64,000 nucleotides of DNA from Octopus vulgaris (lineage: Eukaryota): positions 23,870,001-23,934,000 of the forward strand of contig OX597828.1 in the NCBI GenBank assembly GCA_951406725.2. The letters run 5' to 3'. This document shows positions 1-14,690 of this stretch, one piece after another; the stretch's first letter is position 1, and each line of letters opens with the position of its first letter. Below the pieces are notes generated by a model that worked only from the letters and a program-made list of their open reading frames with translations, had not been told where the DNA came from and made no database searches. The translations under genes and the position numbers were made by a program.

Positions 1-377
1 TTTTTCATTTTTTTTTTTTTGTAATTATTTTCATTTTAAAAAGAAAGAAGCGAAGCCGGTGTTGCTAAGAGCCAAGCGCAACATAAGAATAGGTCAATGG
101 ATACGTGAAGAGGTGATTGAACTGGAAGATGTTGCTACGTAGACGGCTTTTATAACAACAAATACAGCTGTTGAAAAGAACACATTTGGTCACTTTTAAT
201 ATTTGTTTTGAAATATTAATTAAATCACAGAAATTTTGTAAATAATCACCAAGTGTTATTAATTACTTAGATTCAACGGTATTGTTAACTCTACTCTAAG
301 TATTTATTTAAGTTTATACATTTAAGCAATACAAATTAAAAGGAATGTTTCGAGTGTTTATCCGACATCTCTTATTG

Positions 378-450
<73 letters not shown>

Positions 451-459
451 TAGATATAT

Positions 460-635
460 CGTGAGCGGAAAAGACCACCCGGAAGACCTCCACGACGGTG
501 GAGTGACGATTTCAGGAGGACGATTGGGATCACGTGGATGAGAAAGGCGCGATCCAGAGAGGAGTGGACAGCGTGCTGTGACCAGCGGTATCAAATGGAA
601 CGCCTGACGGACTGGTCGGTCAAAGTGATCAAAAA

Positions 636-640
<5 letters not shown>
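460..640 (+). mobile_element. RTE-clade LINE, 3' terminal fragment
   Basis: Frame from 460 reads RERKRPPGRPPRRWSDDFRRTIGITWMRKARSREEW, the RTE C-terminal GRPxxRWxD...WxxxAxxRxxW pattern. It ends in a short repeated tail (aaagtgat x2) and is flanked by (TA)n. Confidence 0.75.
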
Positions 641-721
<81 letters not shown>

Positions 722-1049
722 AAGATAGATAGATAGATAGATAGATAGGTATAGGTATTTTCTATACAGAATATACGGTATTTTGTAGTCTAGAATTCAA
801 CGTAATATACAGTGTAAATCGTGACTATTTTCCAAAATCCTGCTGTATTACAGGTATAATACTTAACCCTTCAAATTCGTCTCTGTTTGAAGGTTGACGT
901 ATCCCTTTTGGCTAGAAAGTTTGGTTAGAAAACTTCCTTTGTATCGAAGAAAATACAATAACTATACGATATATTACTATATATAACCTGAATTCAGATA
1001 TGAATACTGTAAGATTATGCAGAAAGAAGCTTTATTTTTTTTTCTTTTA

Positions 1050-1305
1050 TTCTTTTACTTGTTTCAGGTATTTGACTGCAACCATGCTGGAGTACCGCCT
1101 TAAAGGTTTTTAGTTGAAGAAATTGACTTCGGGTCTTATTCTTTGTAAGCCTAGTTCTTATTCTATCACCTCCTTTTGCCGAACCGCTAGTTTTACGGGG
1201 ATGTAAATACACCGATATCGGTTGTCGAGCGATGGTAAGGGGACAAACATTCTGGACCCGATACCATGTGGTTGGGAAGCAAGCTTCTTACCACACAGCC
1301 ACACT
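1050..1305 (-). mobile_element. SINE family A copy, internally deleted
   Basis: Matches the 3' tail and 5' head of the family A copies at 15250 and 24105 but lacks the middle. Confidence 0.75.
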
Positions 1306-2651
1306 TGCGTCGTATTAGAACTTTTTTAAAAGCTTATCTAATGTTTTGTTCTGATCTTACGGCAGCAGGCAAAACCATGGTTGTCACCTTTAGACTTATG
1401 CCTAAGGTTTATTTGGAAACAAATACTGAACTCACGAAAGATGTATTTCAACAGATGTATCTGTTATCAAAATGATATTCGTCCTAACAACAATTTCCGT
1501 TTCGGTCCTCACTCCACAATTTCGGTTCGTTCCTCACTTACTTGTGCGTTGGGGAACTACGTTATAGTAACTTCTCACACCCTAGTAAATCTGTTTTTTT
1601 TTTCGTACACAGACATAGACATTATCGTAGCGAAATGCCTCTTTTCTGCTTTTTCAACCTGTGGCTATAGTGAAACTCACTCGTCCAAGATGCCAGGCAG
1701 TGAGATTTAACCTACGACCATGTTGTTGTGGAACAAACTTTATACCACAGAGTCACACCTGCAATATTAAGGGCTGCATAAGCAAAAAATATCAAATAAT
1801 ATCACTGACCAACCAAAGAACTCTACAATACAAACGGGAAAAGTTTCGGAATTAGAAATGTCAGTCGTAGTAGACTTTGATGGTTGTTTTACTCTATGTC
1901 AGCGCTGCCAAAAACAGACCTTCGATGAGTATCATTCAAGTCAACATGAACACTTTCAAATTCGAACATTTTATTGGTAAATGACACAATACGAACAAAT
2001 GAAAAATATTTAATCGCCGCCAACAAACGTCGCTTTACTCTCACACTGTTGCCTGCTTGATATCTCAATCGCAAATTCCTCCAAATCCCAAATTGCTCTC
2101 CTTAAACCATGCCTTGCAATGAGACCACAGCAATGAGGTTGCTTGTTGGTGATATTGACTGTTGCATTTATTCTTATGCTTAACATATTTTTCTTTCCAC
2201 TGCATTCATTTACTAGCGCTGTACCGCTTATGATCGTTATAACAAAAAAATCTTCTCACTAGAATACGCACTAATCTCATTCTGGTATGAATATCTTTAA
2301 TAGGAGAAAAAATAAAGAGAATGCGAATAAAACACTCATCAAAGCAAGTAGTTCATTCATAATTGTGTCGAATATATATCTGTTGTATGCTTTACAGAAT
2401 AATGGTATACTGACGAGCACTTCCCTTCTACTCTGAGTCAGCTTCCGTTTTATTTTCGCCTTTTTGCACTGTTCTCTCCTTTTCGCTTCCTATATTTGAA
2501 TTGTGATCTTGATTCGGTGAGATTTATGTAATGATCATCCGTCTCTCACCGCTTCGGAGCTTAAAGAACAACAACAAAAAATATGAGCGAAATATGAAAG
2601 ATAATTACAGAAATATATTCCGGCCGTCGGAGTACGGGCGCATGCGTTTTT

Positions 2652-2690
<39 letters not shown>

Positions 2691-2692
2691 CA

Positions 2693-2985
<293 letters not shown>

Positions 2986-3580
2986 AACGCTGGTAGGTGT
3001 CAATTCATTACAGTCGTTTCCAACGAATCTCTTAATTGTTTCATGTGTACATTATATGAGTATAAAAATCCGTTTTCTTCAGATCACGTAACGCAATATT
3101 AGCAACATTGAAAAACATTTAAAAATCCACGGCAAGTACATATTTAGTGATTCCACGAACTTCACTGGTCGCAGTATGAGTTTGCCAAATCAAATGCCAA
3201 ATCTTATAGTAGAGGAGACAACATGACATCAAATGCAGGTAGGGTGTAATTAAGATTTACAACCTTGAAGGTGGATAATCGGCACGGTAAGGTGATGTGA
3301 GCAAAGCGTCTCATTTCCACAATCAAGAAAGAGATGGTCCTGTTTATCTTAAGATACAATTCAACTAGAGATATAAGGTTTAAAGAGAAACATAGCGTTC
3401 ACTGCCGTTTATATATTAACCTAATTAACATCATTTCCATGCTAGCTTTATTACTAAGGGACTGTTTGATGGAGACATAAAGATAACAATTCAACAATTC
3501 TACTATGGGATGAAAAGTAGAGTAGGAATAGACAAATACGACCCGGTGCCTTACTATTTATGTGCTTAATTCACCCGCAT

Positions 3581-4100
<520 letters not shown>

Positions 4101-4269
4101 TCCCACTAACACGTACACATGACTTTTTCATATTGCCGTTAGTGTATAACAGCCAGACCCCCATGAGAAGTCAGATGCACGGCGGAAAGCAATACGTCTT
4201 TGAGTTATTTTGTATATTTGTAGGTTCGAAATTCTACCGCAGATAAGACATTCGCCTTTCCATCATGCT

Positions 4270-4435
4270 GTATGTCATTGAGACTGTTGTCCTCCCATCA
4301 TATCTGTGTGGATGGAAAACGTGGACAACGTAACGCAGACATATCAAACAGCTTGATAATTTTCACAGATACGTTTTGTTATTAATAATACGAATCTCGT
4401 CGTTGGACAGCATCTCCTAACTGATAGTTTTTGAA
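4270..4435 (+). mobile_element. Degenerate RTE (BovB-like) LINE fragment
   Basis: Reads VVLPSYLCGWKTWTT*RRHIKQLDNFHRY, resembling the post-RT RTE block VVLPxLLYGCETWT...L..FH.R. Confidence 0.6.
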
Positions 4436-4489
4436 ACACAAACTCTACGACTGGTTTGTACAGTTCTTGGCTTTGGCTAAAAACAATAG

Positions 4490-4660
4490 AGGAAGACCCG
4501 TTAACTACAGTTTTATTCCACATATTCCCCTCTCAAAATCACATACTTATTGCAGCGATCCATCAGTTTTTCTAAGCTCTGTTATAGAACTCGGATGTTT
4601 GGGCCAGCCAGTCCTTTCACCATATCCTCAAAGCCACGGACTTTTCAGCAACCTCTAGTA
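4490..4660 (-). mobile_element. Mariner-derived non-autonomous element
   Basis: Same family as 7480-7660; ends cttttcagcaacctctagta, a mariner-like TIR. Confidence 0.5.
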
Positions 4661-4661
4661 C

Positions 4662-5145
4662 AACCTATCCCATAATACATTTAAGCTTTGAGTTAAAGTT
4701 CCTCTTCGTTCAGCTTCGATGGTACGGTCATATAATCCACATCGATAAATCAAGTATTTTGCGACAGTTATCCTACGCAGAATTATAGACGGACAGTTGT
4801 ACCCAAGGACACCCAAGTTCGATCAAGAAAAGGGGTACTTAGATACACTTTTAGCAGCTATTTCTATAAAGGTAAGCATCGATACTTCTTGATCTTGTGG
4901 AGGTTTAAATAAAGATGGAATTTGACAGAATGTTAAAGAAAAACTACAATAACGTTCGTTTTCTTCAATTCACGGCTAAACCAGAAACCTATCCGATAAT
5001 ACATTTATGGATTGAGGTTAAGATCATCTTCGCTCAGCTCGGAGGGTATGGCGATAAATGAATGACTCTGTGACAGTTATTCTACGCCGAAACACAGAGG
5101 GACAGTCGTGCCCAAGGATGCCCAAGGTCGCCCAAGGTCGCCCAA
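4662..5145. repeat. Diverged direct duplication, about 330 bp period
   Basis: acctatcc.ataatacattta...tcttcg.tcagct...gacagttat.ctacgc...ggacagt.gt.cccaagga..cccaag occurs at about 4663-4821 and 4988-5130. Confidence 0.65.
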
Positions 5146-5150
5146 GAAAA

Positions 5151-5383
5151 GGTTTCTTGTTTAGCTATAGATTCAAGAAAAAATATTCAGTGTGTCTGAA
5201 CGGCTAGAACGAACGTTATTGTAGATTTTCGTTAACATGTTATCAAATTTCATGTTAATTTAAACCGGACACGAGAGAATCATGAAATTTGATAGGATGT
5301 CAAATAAAATCTACGTTAACATCCGTTTTCATCGTTCAGACAAGCTGGAATTTTTTTGTTGAATCCATGGCCAAACCAGAAAC
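5151..5383. mobile_element. Palindromic MITE-like element
   Basis: The two halves are imperfect reverse complements (ggtttcttgtttagctatagattcaa / ttgaatccatggccaaaccagaaac; tatcaaatttcatg / catgaaatttgata). Confidence 0.55.
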
Positions 5384-5624
5384 TTATCACATAATACATT
5401 CATAAACTATAAACTTATAAATCATAACTACACACAGGGAATACTAGAGATACCTTATGAATAATATGAGATTATTTTATAATAAATTTTGATACACATA
5501 CCTGGTGACGCATGTTAATTATATAGAAATAAGTATATATATGTATGTATGTCATTGTTCATTTTTATTTCAAATTGTATGTATAGTTATACATGTATGT
5601 ATAGATCAGTATAGATAGTTGTAC

Positions 5625-5854
<230 letters not shown>

Positions 5855-6446
5855 AGAAATACATACATATAGACATACATACATGTACATACACCTATAC
5901 ATACATACACACATACGTACTCACGTCATAATCACGAAATCTATCTCCTGTGACGATATTTCATATTTCGTTTTCATCGAAATTATTGACGTCACACATA
6001 TTTTAAATAAAGTTCTAGTTGGTTTTCTTCTGATTCAACAAGCACGTGTTCGAAAGTATTTCAACCGTGGCCAACGCCTCGCCTTAGTTCTTTCTGGGGT
6101 TTTACTGTCAAACATAGTCATATTTGTGTCTGGAGGGTGGAACGTTTGGTAGGGTTTTATCGTATTTCTATGAGGAGCAAAACCACATACAGGCTCCACT
6201 GCTTGCAGGATAATGTTGTTGTTGTTTTTGATGGTGGCGGTGTTTTTTTTTTCTTTGCTTCCTGGTATCTGTTCTGACAAATTATTCCCTGCCGTGCAAA
6301 CTGGATTCTTTGTTTATACGGGGTGTGGTGGATGCCGAACCATTCCTGGCTTTGGGCAACAGAAAATAGAGGAGGATCAGTTAATCATAATTTCATTCAA
6401 CATACTCGCTGCCCATGGTCACACAGTTATTGCAGTAGTCCTCCTC

Positions 6447-6479
<33 letters not shown>

Positions 6480-6602
6480 ATGTACGTGTGTGTGTGCGTG
6501 TGTGTGTATGCTTATTCTGAAATGGTATGAGAAGCGGTGACAATTGAGAATTCTGCAAATAATGCGAATATTTTATAAGCTTAACACTATAATATAATCA
6601 TT

Positions 6603-7026
6603 TCTACTATAGTCCCAAAGCTTGAAATAGTGGTGAGGGAGATAGTTGATTACACCAGCCACAGTATTCAACTGTTACTTAATTTATCCACCCCAAAATG
6701 ATGAAAGGCAAAGTTGATTTCGGCGGAATTTGAACTCAGAACGTAACGGCAGACAAAATGCAGCTAAACATTTCGCCCGGCGTGCTAACGATTCTTATTT
6801 CTTTATTGCCCACAAAGGACTAAACATAGAAGGGACAAACAATGGCAGACAAACGGATTAAGTCGATTACATCGACCCCAATGCGTAACTGGTACTTAAT
6901 TATCGACCCCGAAAGAATGAAATGCAAAGTCGACCTCGGCGGAATTTGAACTCAGAACGTAACGGCAGGCGTAATACGGCTACGCATTTCGCCCAGCTTG
7001 CTAACGTTTCTGCCAGCTCGCCGCCT
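6603..7026 (-). mobile_element. SINE family B (tRNA head + Meta domain), two internal units
   Basis: Head ggcggcgagctggcagaaacgttagc, B box gagttcaaattcc, Meta-type core gcctttcatcctttcggggtcgataaattaagtaccag. Confidence 0.85.
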
Positions 7027-7065
7027 TTAAACAGTATAATATATGCTCCAATATTAGACAATATT

Positions 7066-7466
7066 GGCGGAAACGTTAGCACCTTGGGCGAATTGCTTAT
7101 TGGTTATTTCGTCTGTCTATACGTTCTGAGTTCAAATTGCGCCGAGGTTGACTTTGCCTTTCATCCTTTCGGGGTGGATAAATTAAGTACCAGATATGCA
7201 CTGGGGCCGATGTAATCGACTTAATCCCTTTGTCTGTTCTTGTTTGTTTCCTCTTTGTTTAGCCCCTTGTGAGCAATAAAAATAAGAGGCGTTAGTACGC
7301 CGGGCGAAATACATAGCGGTATTTCGTCTGTCTTTACTTTCTGAGTTCAAATTTCGCTGAGATCGACTCTGCTTTTTATCCTCTCAGGGTCGATAAATTT
7401 AGTACCAGTTGCGTACTGGGGTCGATGTAACACTATTCGGGTCTTGTCTCTAGAGCAGAAAAGAAT
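7066..7466 (+). mobile_element. SINE family B, two units, head-to-head with the preceding copy
   Basis: Same motifs on the + strand. Confidence 0.85.
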
Positions 7467-7479
7467 ACTAGACTACATA

Positions 7480-7660
7480 CGAATGATGGGGTGCTAAAAA
7501 TTATAATTTTAGTCAACATATTCTCGTCTAATTATCACATACTTATTCCAGTGGTCATTCAGTTTTCTCAGCCCTGTAAAGGAACACAGCACGTTGGGCC
7601 TCCGACCAAGCCTTTCGCGACATCTTAAAGCCAAGAACTTTTATCAGCAGCCCCTCGTAC
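7480..7660 (-). mobile_element. Mariner-derived MITE
   Basis: TIR-like ends (ggggtgctaaaaa / ttttatcagcagcccctcgta). Minus strand reads FTGLRKLNDHWNKYVIIRREYVD*, like a mariner C-terminus. Confidence 0.6.
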
Positions 7661-8704
7661 CGTTTGATTAGTTTACATCGCAATGCATTGCAAGAGATAC
7701 TTTGGTAGCGATGGAACTTGCATCATCCTTATATTTTGGTGCTGTGCAACACAGGGTCGGTAGCCTCTCAGAATGAATGCTTTGTAGAATTTATTCTGAA
7801 CCAGTGCACTTTGAGTTAAGATCTGACAAGTTCAACTATGCCATCCATCTTTTCAGACCGAATAAAAAACGTATCTACCAGTGTGGTGGATTGGCAGAAC
7901 TGTACGTCTTGCTCTATTCATTCCAGCATGTTGCATTCTAAGTTCAAATCCCTGTATATCCTTCATGAATTGTAGAATCAATCCGTCATTTATTTAACAC
8001 CATCGTATGGCAGCGAGGGTGCCCTTCTTGGAGGGATTCACTGTATTTTGAAGAATTTGGAGTATCGAAGCACACAAAATTTTCTGGCTTTTATAGCGAT
8101 ATATATACATATATTCGCCGCCCTATAAATATTGAGATGGTAGGATAAAATTCGATAATGTTGACTTCATTTAATCTACAATCCGGTTTTATTGTTCCTA
8201 TTTTTAAAGCAAATAATTATGGTGACAGAAATTAGGTGATTTGTAGCTTTCCTTATTACATCATTCATATTCTTTACTCTTCTTGTAGTTAATCCTTTCT
8301 CACACAGCGTTAATCATTAAGCATTTACCATTACTGACGGGATTCTTCAAATGATCTTTGGAAGTGACATACGCTTCTTATTTTCTTATAGATGTTAAAT
8401 GAAGGTTATTTTTTAAAAAGTAGATTTAAGGATAACACATTTACTGATGCGAGAAACTCATTACTGAGTACTTATAAAAACTTATAAAATTCAAGCAGTG
8501 TGGATTTAAGTTTCAACTCAGCGATACATGCTAGAAGCCGTCTGGCGAAATTAACAGACACGGTAGCCATCAGATATTACACTACAAGCTCTTATATTTT
8601 GATTCGCTTCCGAATCAAATATATCTAATTCAAGTAACAGCATCGCAATTTCGACTCACCTGTAATTTCACAAAATTCTCACATCTCTCTGTAATAATGG
8701 TTCA

Positions 8705-9245
8705 ATATTTTGGCATACGGCCACTGATTTCAAGGATCGGCGTAAGTCGAGTATATCGACTCCAGTGCTCCAGAGTATATCGATCCCCACTAATAAATAG
8801 CAAAGACGACCTTGGCGCGATTTGAACTCAGAACATAAAGAGGGACGAATGCCGTTAAGCGTTTTGCCCGCTGTCCTAACGATTCTACCAGCTCATCGCC
8901 TTATATAACTATGTCCTTTCGGGGTCGATAAAATAAGTACCATTTGAGTACTGGAGTCAACTTAATTGTCTTGCACCCTCCCACCCAATTTGCTGGCTTT
9001 GTGCCAAAATTTGAAACAAGTTTCTGCTTTAGTTAGGGTAGCGATCTGGGAGTCATTAGCACGGCGGGCAAAATGCTTATCGCCATTTCAGCTATCTTTA
9101 TGTTGTGAGTTCAAATTCCGCCAAGGTCAACTTTGCCTTTTATCCTTTCGTGGTCGGTAAAATTAGGGACATTTATGTGCTGAGATTGATGCAATCGACT
9201 CCACTCGTCTTCCAAAGTTGCTGGCCTCGTGCCAACAGTTTAAAT
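8705..9245. mobile_element. Cluster of older SINE family B copies (one on -, then two on +)
   Basis: tttgaactcagaac and cctttcggggtcgataaaataagtacc motifs. Confidence 0.75.
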
Positions 9246-9929
9246 CATTTCGTTACTATGTACGTCTTGCACGATCGTTAGAAACAACTAACAAAAGGAA
9301 AGTTAAAAGTTTCAACTGATTATCCGAGTTAAGTGATGTCGGGTTGTACTATTGTAAAAGTATTATTCACGAGTAGTTGTAGGATTTGCATTCTTCAAAA
9401 TCTGCGTTATCCCAGGTTGACGACCGATAAAAACGTACTTGAGAAATCAAGATCACTTCACTTTTAATTAAAAGCTTTATTCATTTCCTGAATTGTTCCA
9501 TCTCCTCGTTTGGTGCTTGATACACAATGGATACACTTAATAGTTATTGCGTTGCGATTCTTAAACCTGTAGAACTACTTGTTACAAACATCAAAATGTC
9601 TGTTACTAATTTGCAGATTTAACGTGAGGGCAATTTGTTATTATCACAATATCGTTGGACGATAAGCTACTTCCTAACTACCTGTCAGAATATATGTCAT
9701 ATGTAATTTTCATAATAATCATTGTAAGAACAAATGATGATTTAAAGCTTACATCAACATTATCAACATTATATTACATAGTGTATTACTGAGGTTTTTA
9801 TTAAGCTTCCATATGTTCGAAACGGTTTACTGATTTTAGTAAATATGCGCCAATGAAGCGCTGTCCTTTAACTTCGTTATAGGTACACATTCCTAGTCGT
9901 TGAAAAGCTTGTATTTTTCGCTTGATTAC

Positions 9930-10240
9930 AAGTCATCATATTGTGGCCACGCTGGGGCACTGCCTTGAACAAAATGTCAGTCGAACGAATCAACCCCAAG
10001 ACATATTTTCTTCTTTTAAATTCTGGTACTTATTCTATCGCTCTCTTTTACCTAACACCTATGTTACGTGGACCTAAACACACTAAAAACAGTTATCAAG
10101 CGGTGATGAGGGATAAAACCAGACACACACAGACATACACACACTCTCACACAGTCACATACAGTCTCACACAGACTCACACATATATACATACACGACA
10201 GGCTTCTTTCAGTTTTGATCGGCCCGAGTCTATAGAAGAC
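9930..10240 (-). mobile_element. Degenerate SINE family A
   Basis: tacttattctatcg...gttatcaagcggtg...acgacaggcttctttcagttt...ggcccgagtctatagaagac. Confidence 0.65.
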
Positions 10241-10559
10241 AATCGTGCAAGTATGAACATGCAAAACAAAATGATTGAAATAATATTGCGAAATTTCGAT
10301 TTCTTTTGGGTACTTCATCGCATATACATACGTACGTGCACACAAACACACATAAACACCGGTTCCTTCTCCTTTGGTTGGTTTTGATATGCGTTCCATT
10401 AATTATTATTTTTATTATTATTATTATGATCATTATCATCTTCTTTCAATTATGGTTTCTTTCCTTTCCGAGTGTCTTCCTGACACCTAGAGCAGGGAAA
10501 CCACACTACTCTTCTTGTTATTATTATCATTATTATTATTATTATTATTGTTATTATTG

Positions 10560-10768
10560 AGGGCGGTGAGATGGCAGATCGTTTGCACGCCGGGAAAATG
10601 ATTAGCGGGTATTTGCCTGCCGCTACGTTCTGAGCTCAAATTCCACCGAGGTCGACTTTGCTTTTCATCCTTTCGGGCTCGATAAAATAGTTACCATTGA
10701 AGTAGTGGCTTCGATGTAATCCACACATTCCCTCCTCCAAAAGTGATGCCCTTGTAGCAAAATTTCAA

Positions 10769-10770
<2 letters not shown>
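10560..10770 (+). mobile_element. SINE family B
   Basis: Head, B box and Meta core, between (ATT)n tracts. Confidence 0.8.
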
Positions 10771-10803
<33 letters not shown>

Positions 10804-10809
10804 CATCAT

Positions 10810-11195
10810 GCGTAGGAGTGGCTGGGTGATATGTATCTTACTTACCAACCACATGGTTCCAAGTGTCTTCTACTATAGTCTCGGACCGACCAAGGCCTTG
10901 TGAGTGGATTTGGTAGACGGAAACTGAAAGAAACCCGTCGTATATATGTAAATATATATATATAGATATATGTATGTGTGTGTATATGTTTGTGTGTCTG
11001 TGTTTGTTCCCCCAACATCGCTTGACAACCGATGCTGGTGTGTTTACGTCCCCGTAACTTAGCGGTTCGGCAAAAGAAGCCGATAGAATAAGTATTAGGG
11101 TTAAAAAGAATAAGTCTTGGGGTCGATTTGCTCGACTATAGGCGGTGCTCCAGCATGTCCACAGTCAAATGACTGAAACGAGTAAAATAGAGTAA
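10810..11195 (+). mobile_element. SINE family A (tRNA-derived, CORE-like)
   Basis: gcgtaggagtggctg head, internal (TA)/(TG) tract, tail ggcggtgctccagcatg...caaatgactgaaac.agtaaaa. Confidence 0.85.
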
Positions 11196-11741
11196 TATTT
11201 CTTTATTCATTTCTGTCTTGATTTATAATAGTCTGCTTCTCACATGTATTTCATATGAAGCTAGTTTTCATTAGCTAATTACCATAGTAACCTGACAGCA
11301 AGATCTAGGGTACAATCTTTAAATCTTTACAGCATTGATACTACATCTCACTCCGTGGTTCGCAGCAGTATAAGACAGCTGTTACTAGAGGCAAGGTGAG
11401 ATACCGATCGTTTAGTTGTCACCGTCGATATAGGAAGCGACGAATCCTCTGCTGCCGTGATAAACCAATGACGAACTCTGGCAATAACAATGATATACAT
11501 GACTAAAACAAATACAAACAGACAAAAGAAGAAAAAGAGCAAATATAAAAAAAATTTCTAATTACATCTTTTATGTAAACAAAGAAGCAACCATGAAAGT
11601 TATATATCAATTGCTATTTCCAACCATCAAAATGCTGCGAAGTCTTCGGCGACGCTAATGAGATAGAAGTCAATAAGATAATCAGATAAAAATTGGTGAT
11701 ATCCATTAACCCTTCACCTTTTGCTTTGTTAATATTTATTT

Positions 11742-12048
11742 GGAGACGCAATGTCTCAGTGTTTAGGGGAGCAGACTCGTGGTTGGAGTATCGCGGTTTC
11801 GATTCCCAGACCGGGCGTTGTGTGTGTTTATTGAGTGAAAACACCTAAAGCTCCAGGAATCCCCGGCAGGGGTGGGGGTGGCGACCCCTGTTGTACTCTT
11901 TCGCCTCAACTTTCTCTCACTCTTTCTTCCTGTTTCTTGAGTAACGCTGCAATGGACTGGCGTCCCGTCCAGCTGGGGAGAACATATACGCCATAGAAAC
12001 CGGGAAACCGGGCGCATGAGCCTGGCTAAGCTTGAAAAGGGCGCATAA

Positions 12049-12087
<39 letters not shown>

Positions 12088-12088
12088 A
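11742..12088 (+). mobile_element. SINE family C (tRNA head + V domain) with (TAAA)n tail
   Basis: B box ggtttcgattccc and V-domain-like ctgcaatggactggcgtcccgtccag...gaaaccggg. Second copy at 36815-37101. Confidence 0.75.
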
Positions 12089-12098
12089 TGATTTATTT

Positions 12099-12755
12099 AG
12101 GTGAGAGCTTGCAAAATCGTTAGTACGCCAGAAGAAATGTTCAGCGGCATTTTGTCTGCTTTTACTTTCTGAGTTCAAATTCTGCTGAGGTCGTCTTGCC
12201 ATTCATCCTTTGCGGGATGGTCGTTAGAATATGTACTAGACGAGCACTGGAGGCTATGTAATCGATTTTACTCCGTCCTTGTAATAACTGGCTCCGTGTT
12301 AAAATTGAAAACTATTTTACATTTCGTCCGTCTTTACGTCCTGAGTTCAATACCTGCTGGGCAGGGGGCGATTTTTGCCTTTTATCTATTTGGTGGTCCA
12401 TAAAAAACGTACCAGAAAACTGTAATTGAAGTAATCGACTTGTCCCCCTCCCACAAAATTCTTGGCCATAACGGTATAGATGAAATGTTTTGCGGTATTT
12501 CGTCCGTCTTCAAGTTCTGAGTTCAAATTCCGCCGAGGTCGACTTTGCTTCTCATCCTTTCGGGGTCGATTAAATAAGTACCAGTTACGCACTGGGTCGA
12601 TATAATCGACTTAATCCGTTTCTCCGTTCTTGTTCGTCCTCTCTGCGTATAGCCTCTTGTGGGTAGTAACGAAATAGGTATTTCGTCCGTCTTCACGTTC
12701 TGAGTTCAAATTCCGCTGAAGTAAACTTCGTCTTTAATTAGGGGTGTGATAAAAT
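12099..12755 (+). mobile_element. Tandem cluster of SINE family B units
   Basis: Four occurrences of ctgagttcaa with Meta cores. Confidence 0.8.
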
Positions 12756-12757
12756 AA

Positions 12758-12950
12758 TTACAAGTTAAGCAGAGGGATCGATATCAAGCGAGATGGAAGT
12801 GTTAGTAATTGGGCTTCTGCAAGGACCGCTTTGGTAGGAGTCGAGCGTATGTGTTTGGCGATCAGTCTAGCTGCCTCTAGTTGCGTTCTCTCGAGTTTCC
12901 CGATGTTTGTGGATGACACCCAGGGAGTCCAGACTGGCGCTGCATATTCT
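12758..12950 (-). mobile_element. LINE ORF2 fragment (I/Ingi/Nimb-like, post-RT region)
   Basis: EYAAPVWTPWVSSTNIGKLERTQLEAARLIAKHIRSTPTKAVLAEAQLL matches the LEY..PVW...LE..Q..A.R.I....STP...L.E block. Confidence 0.75.
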
Positions 12951-13400
12951 GCTGCTGTTGTCACTGTTGCTGCTGTGACTGCTGCCGATGTTGGTGTAAC
13001 TGCTACCACTGCTGTTATTGATGTTGCCACTGCTGCTACTGCGAGGTGGGCTTTGTACTGTTTCTCCCTGTGTTATCTCCCCCACTTCTCAGTAAAAGAA
13101 GGAGAGAGAAATATTCAACAGTCACTATACCTTCAGGAGGAGCAGCTTCGTTTCTTAACTCTTTCAGCATGGGTTCCGCCATCTTGCTGAATTATATATG
13201 ATTAAACACCCACCGAACTTGTTTGGGGGAAGAATATGGCCCCGTGTAGAGCCAAACCCAGCGATAGATTCCTGATGTTTCTATTAACAACATGGAACAA
13301 AATATAAACCGAAAAATCGGCACCAAACGGGTGTAAAACAAATGTTTTCAAAATGACATACTTGGAGCGTTCAGAAACATGCCTGATGTACACCGCAGCA

Positions 13401-14405
<1,005 letters not shown>

Positions 14406-14409
14406 AAAT

Positions 14410-14690
14410 TACATTTTCTTTATTGGTCACCAGGGCCGAACACAAAACAGAAAGAACAATACACAGACGAGGGACAGTTGGAGTTCAACATGCAAACAAC
14501 AAGGGGATTAAACCAAAAATATACTTCCCCAATAGGGAAACGGTGTTTCACCGAGATGTGACCAAAGAAATCTCAAACACCTAGGATCCCCTAACTCCAT
14601 GGGCACCTCAGGTTGACACCCCTCTCCTCCTCATTCTATCCGGACATGTAGATAGTAGCCCTTATATCGTCGGTCCTTCTTGAAACATTG
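14410..14690 (-). mobile_element. Probable LINE 3' UTR fragment (Tx1-like end)
   Basis: Minus strand ends tgtgttcggccctggtgaccaataaagaaa, similar to the end of the Tx1-like element at about 39700. Confidence 0.4.

Noticed and set aside
2405-2450. ctgacga core half (likewise ctgatga at 19335, 43720 and 48511)
   Set aside because: No properly placed GAAA or stems; two of these lie in TE coding motifs (FADD, SDET).
6603-7466. Regularly recurring motifs resembling a CRISPR array or tRNA genes
   Set aside because: These are SINE units with tRNA-derived heads; there are no unique spacers and no complete cloverleaf.
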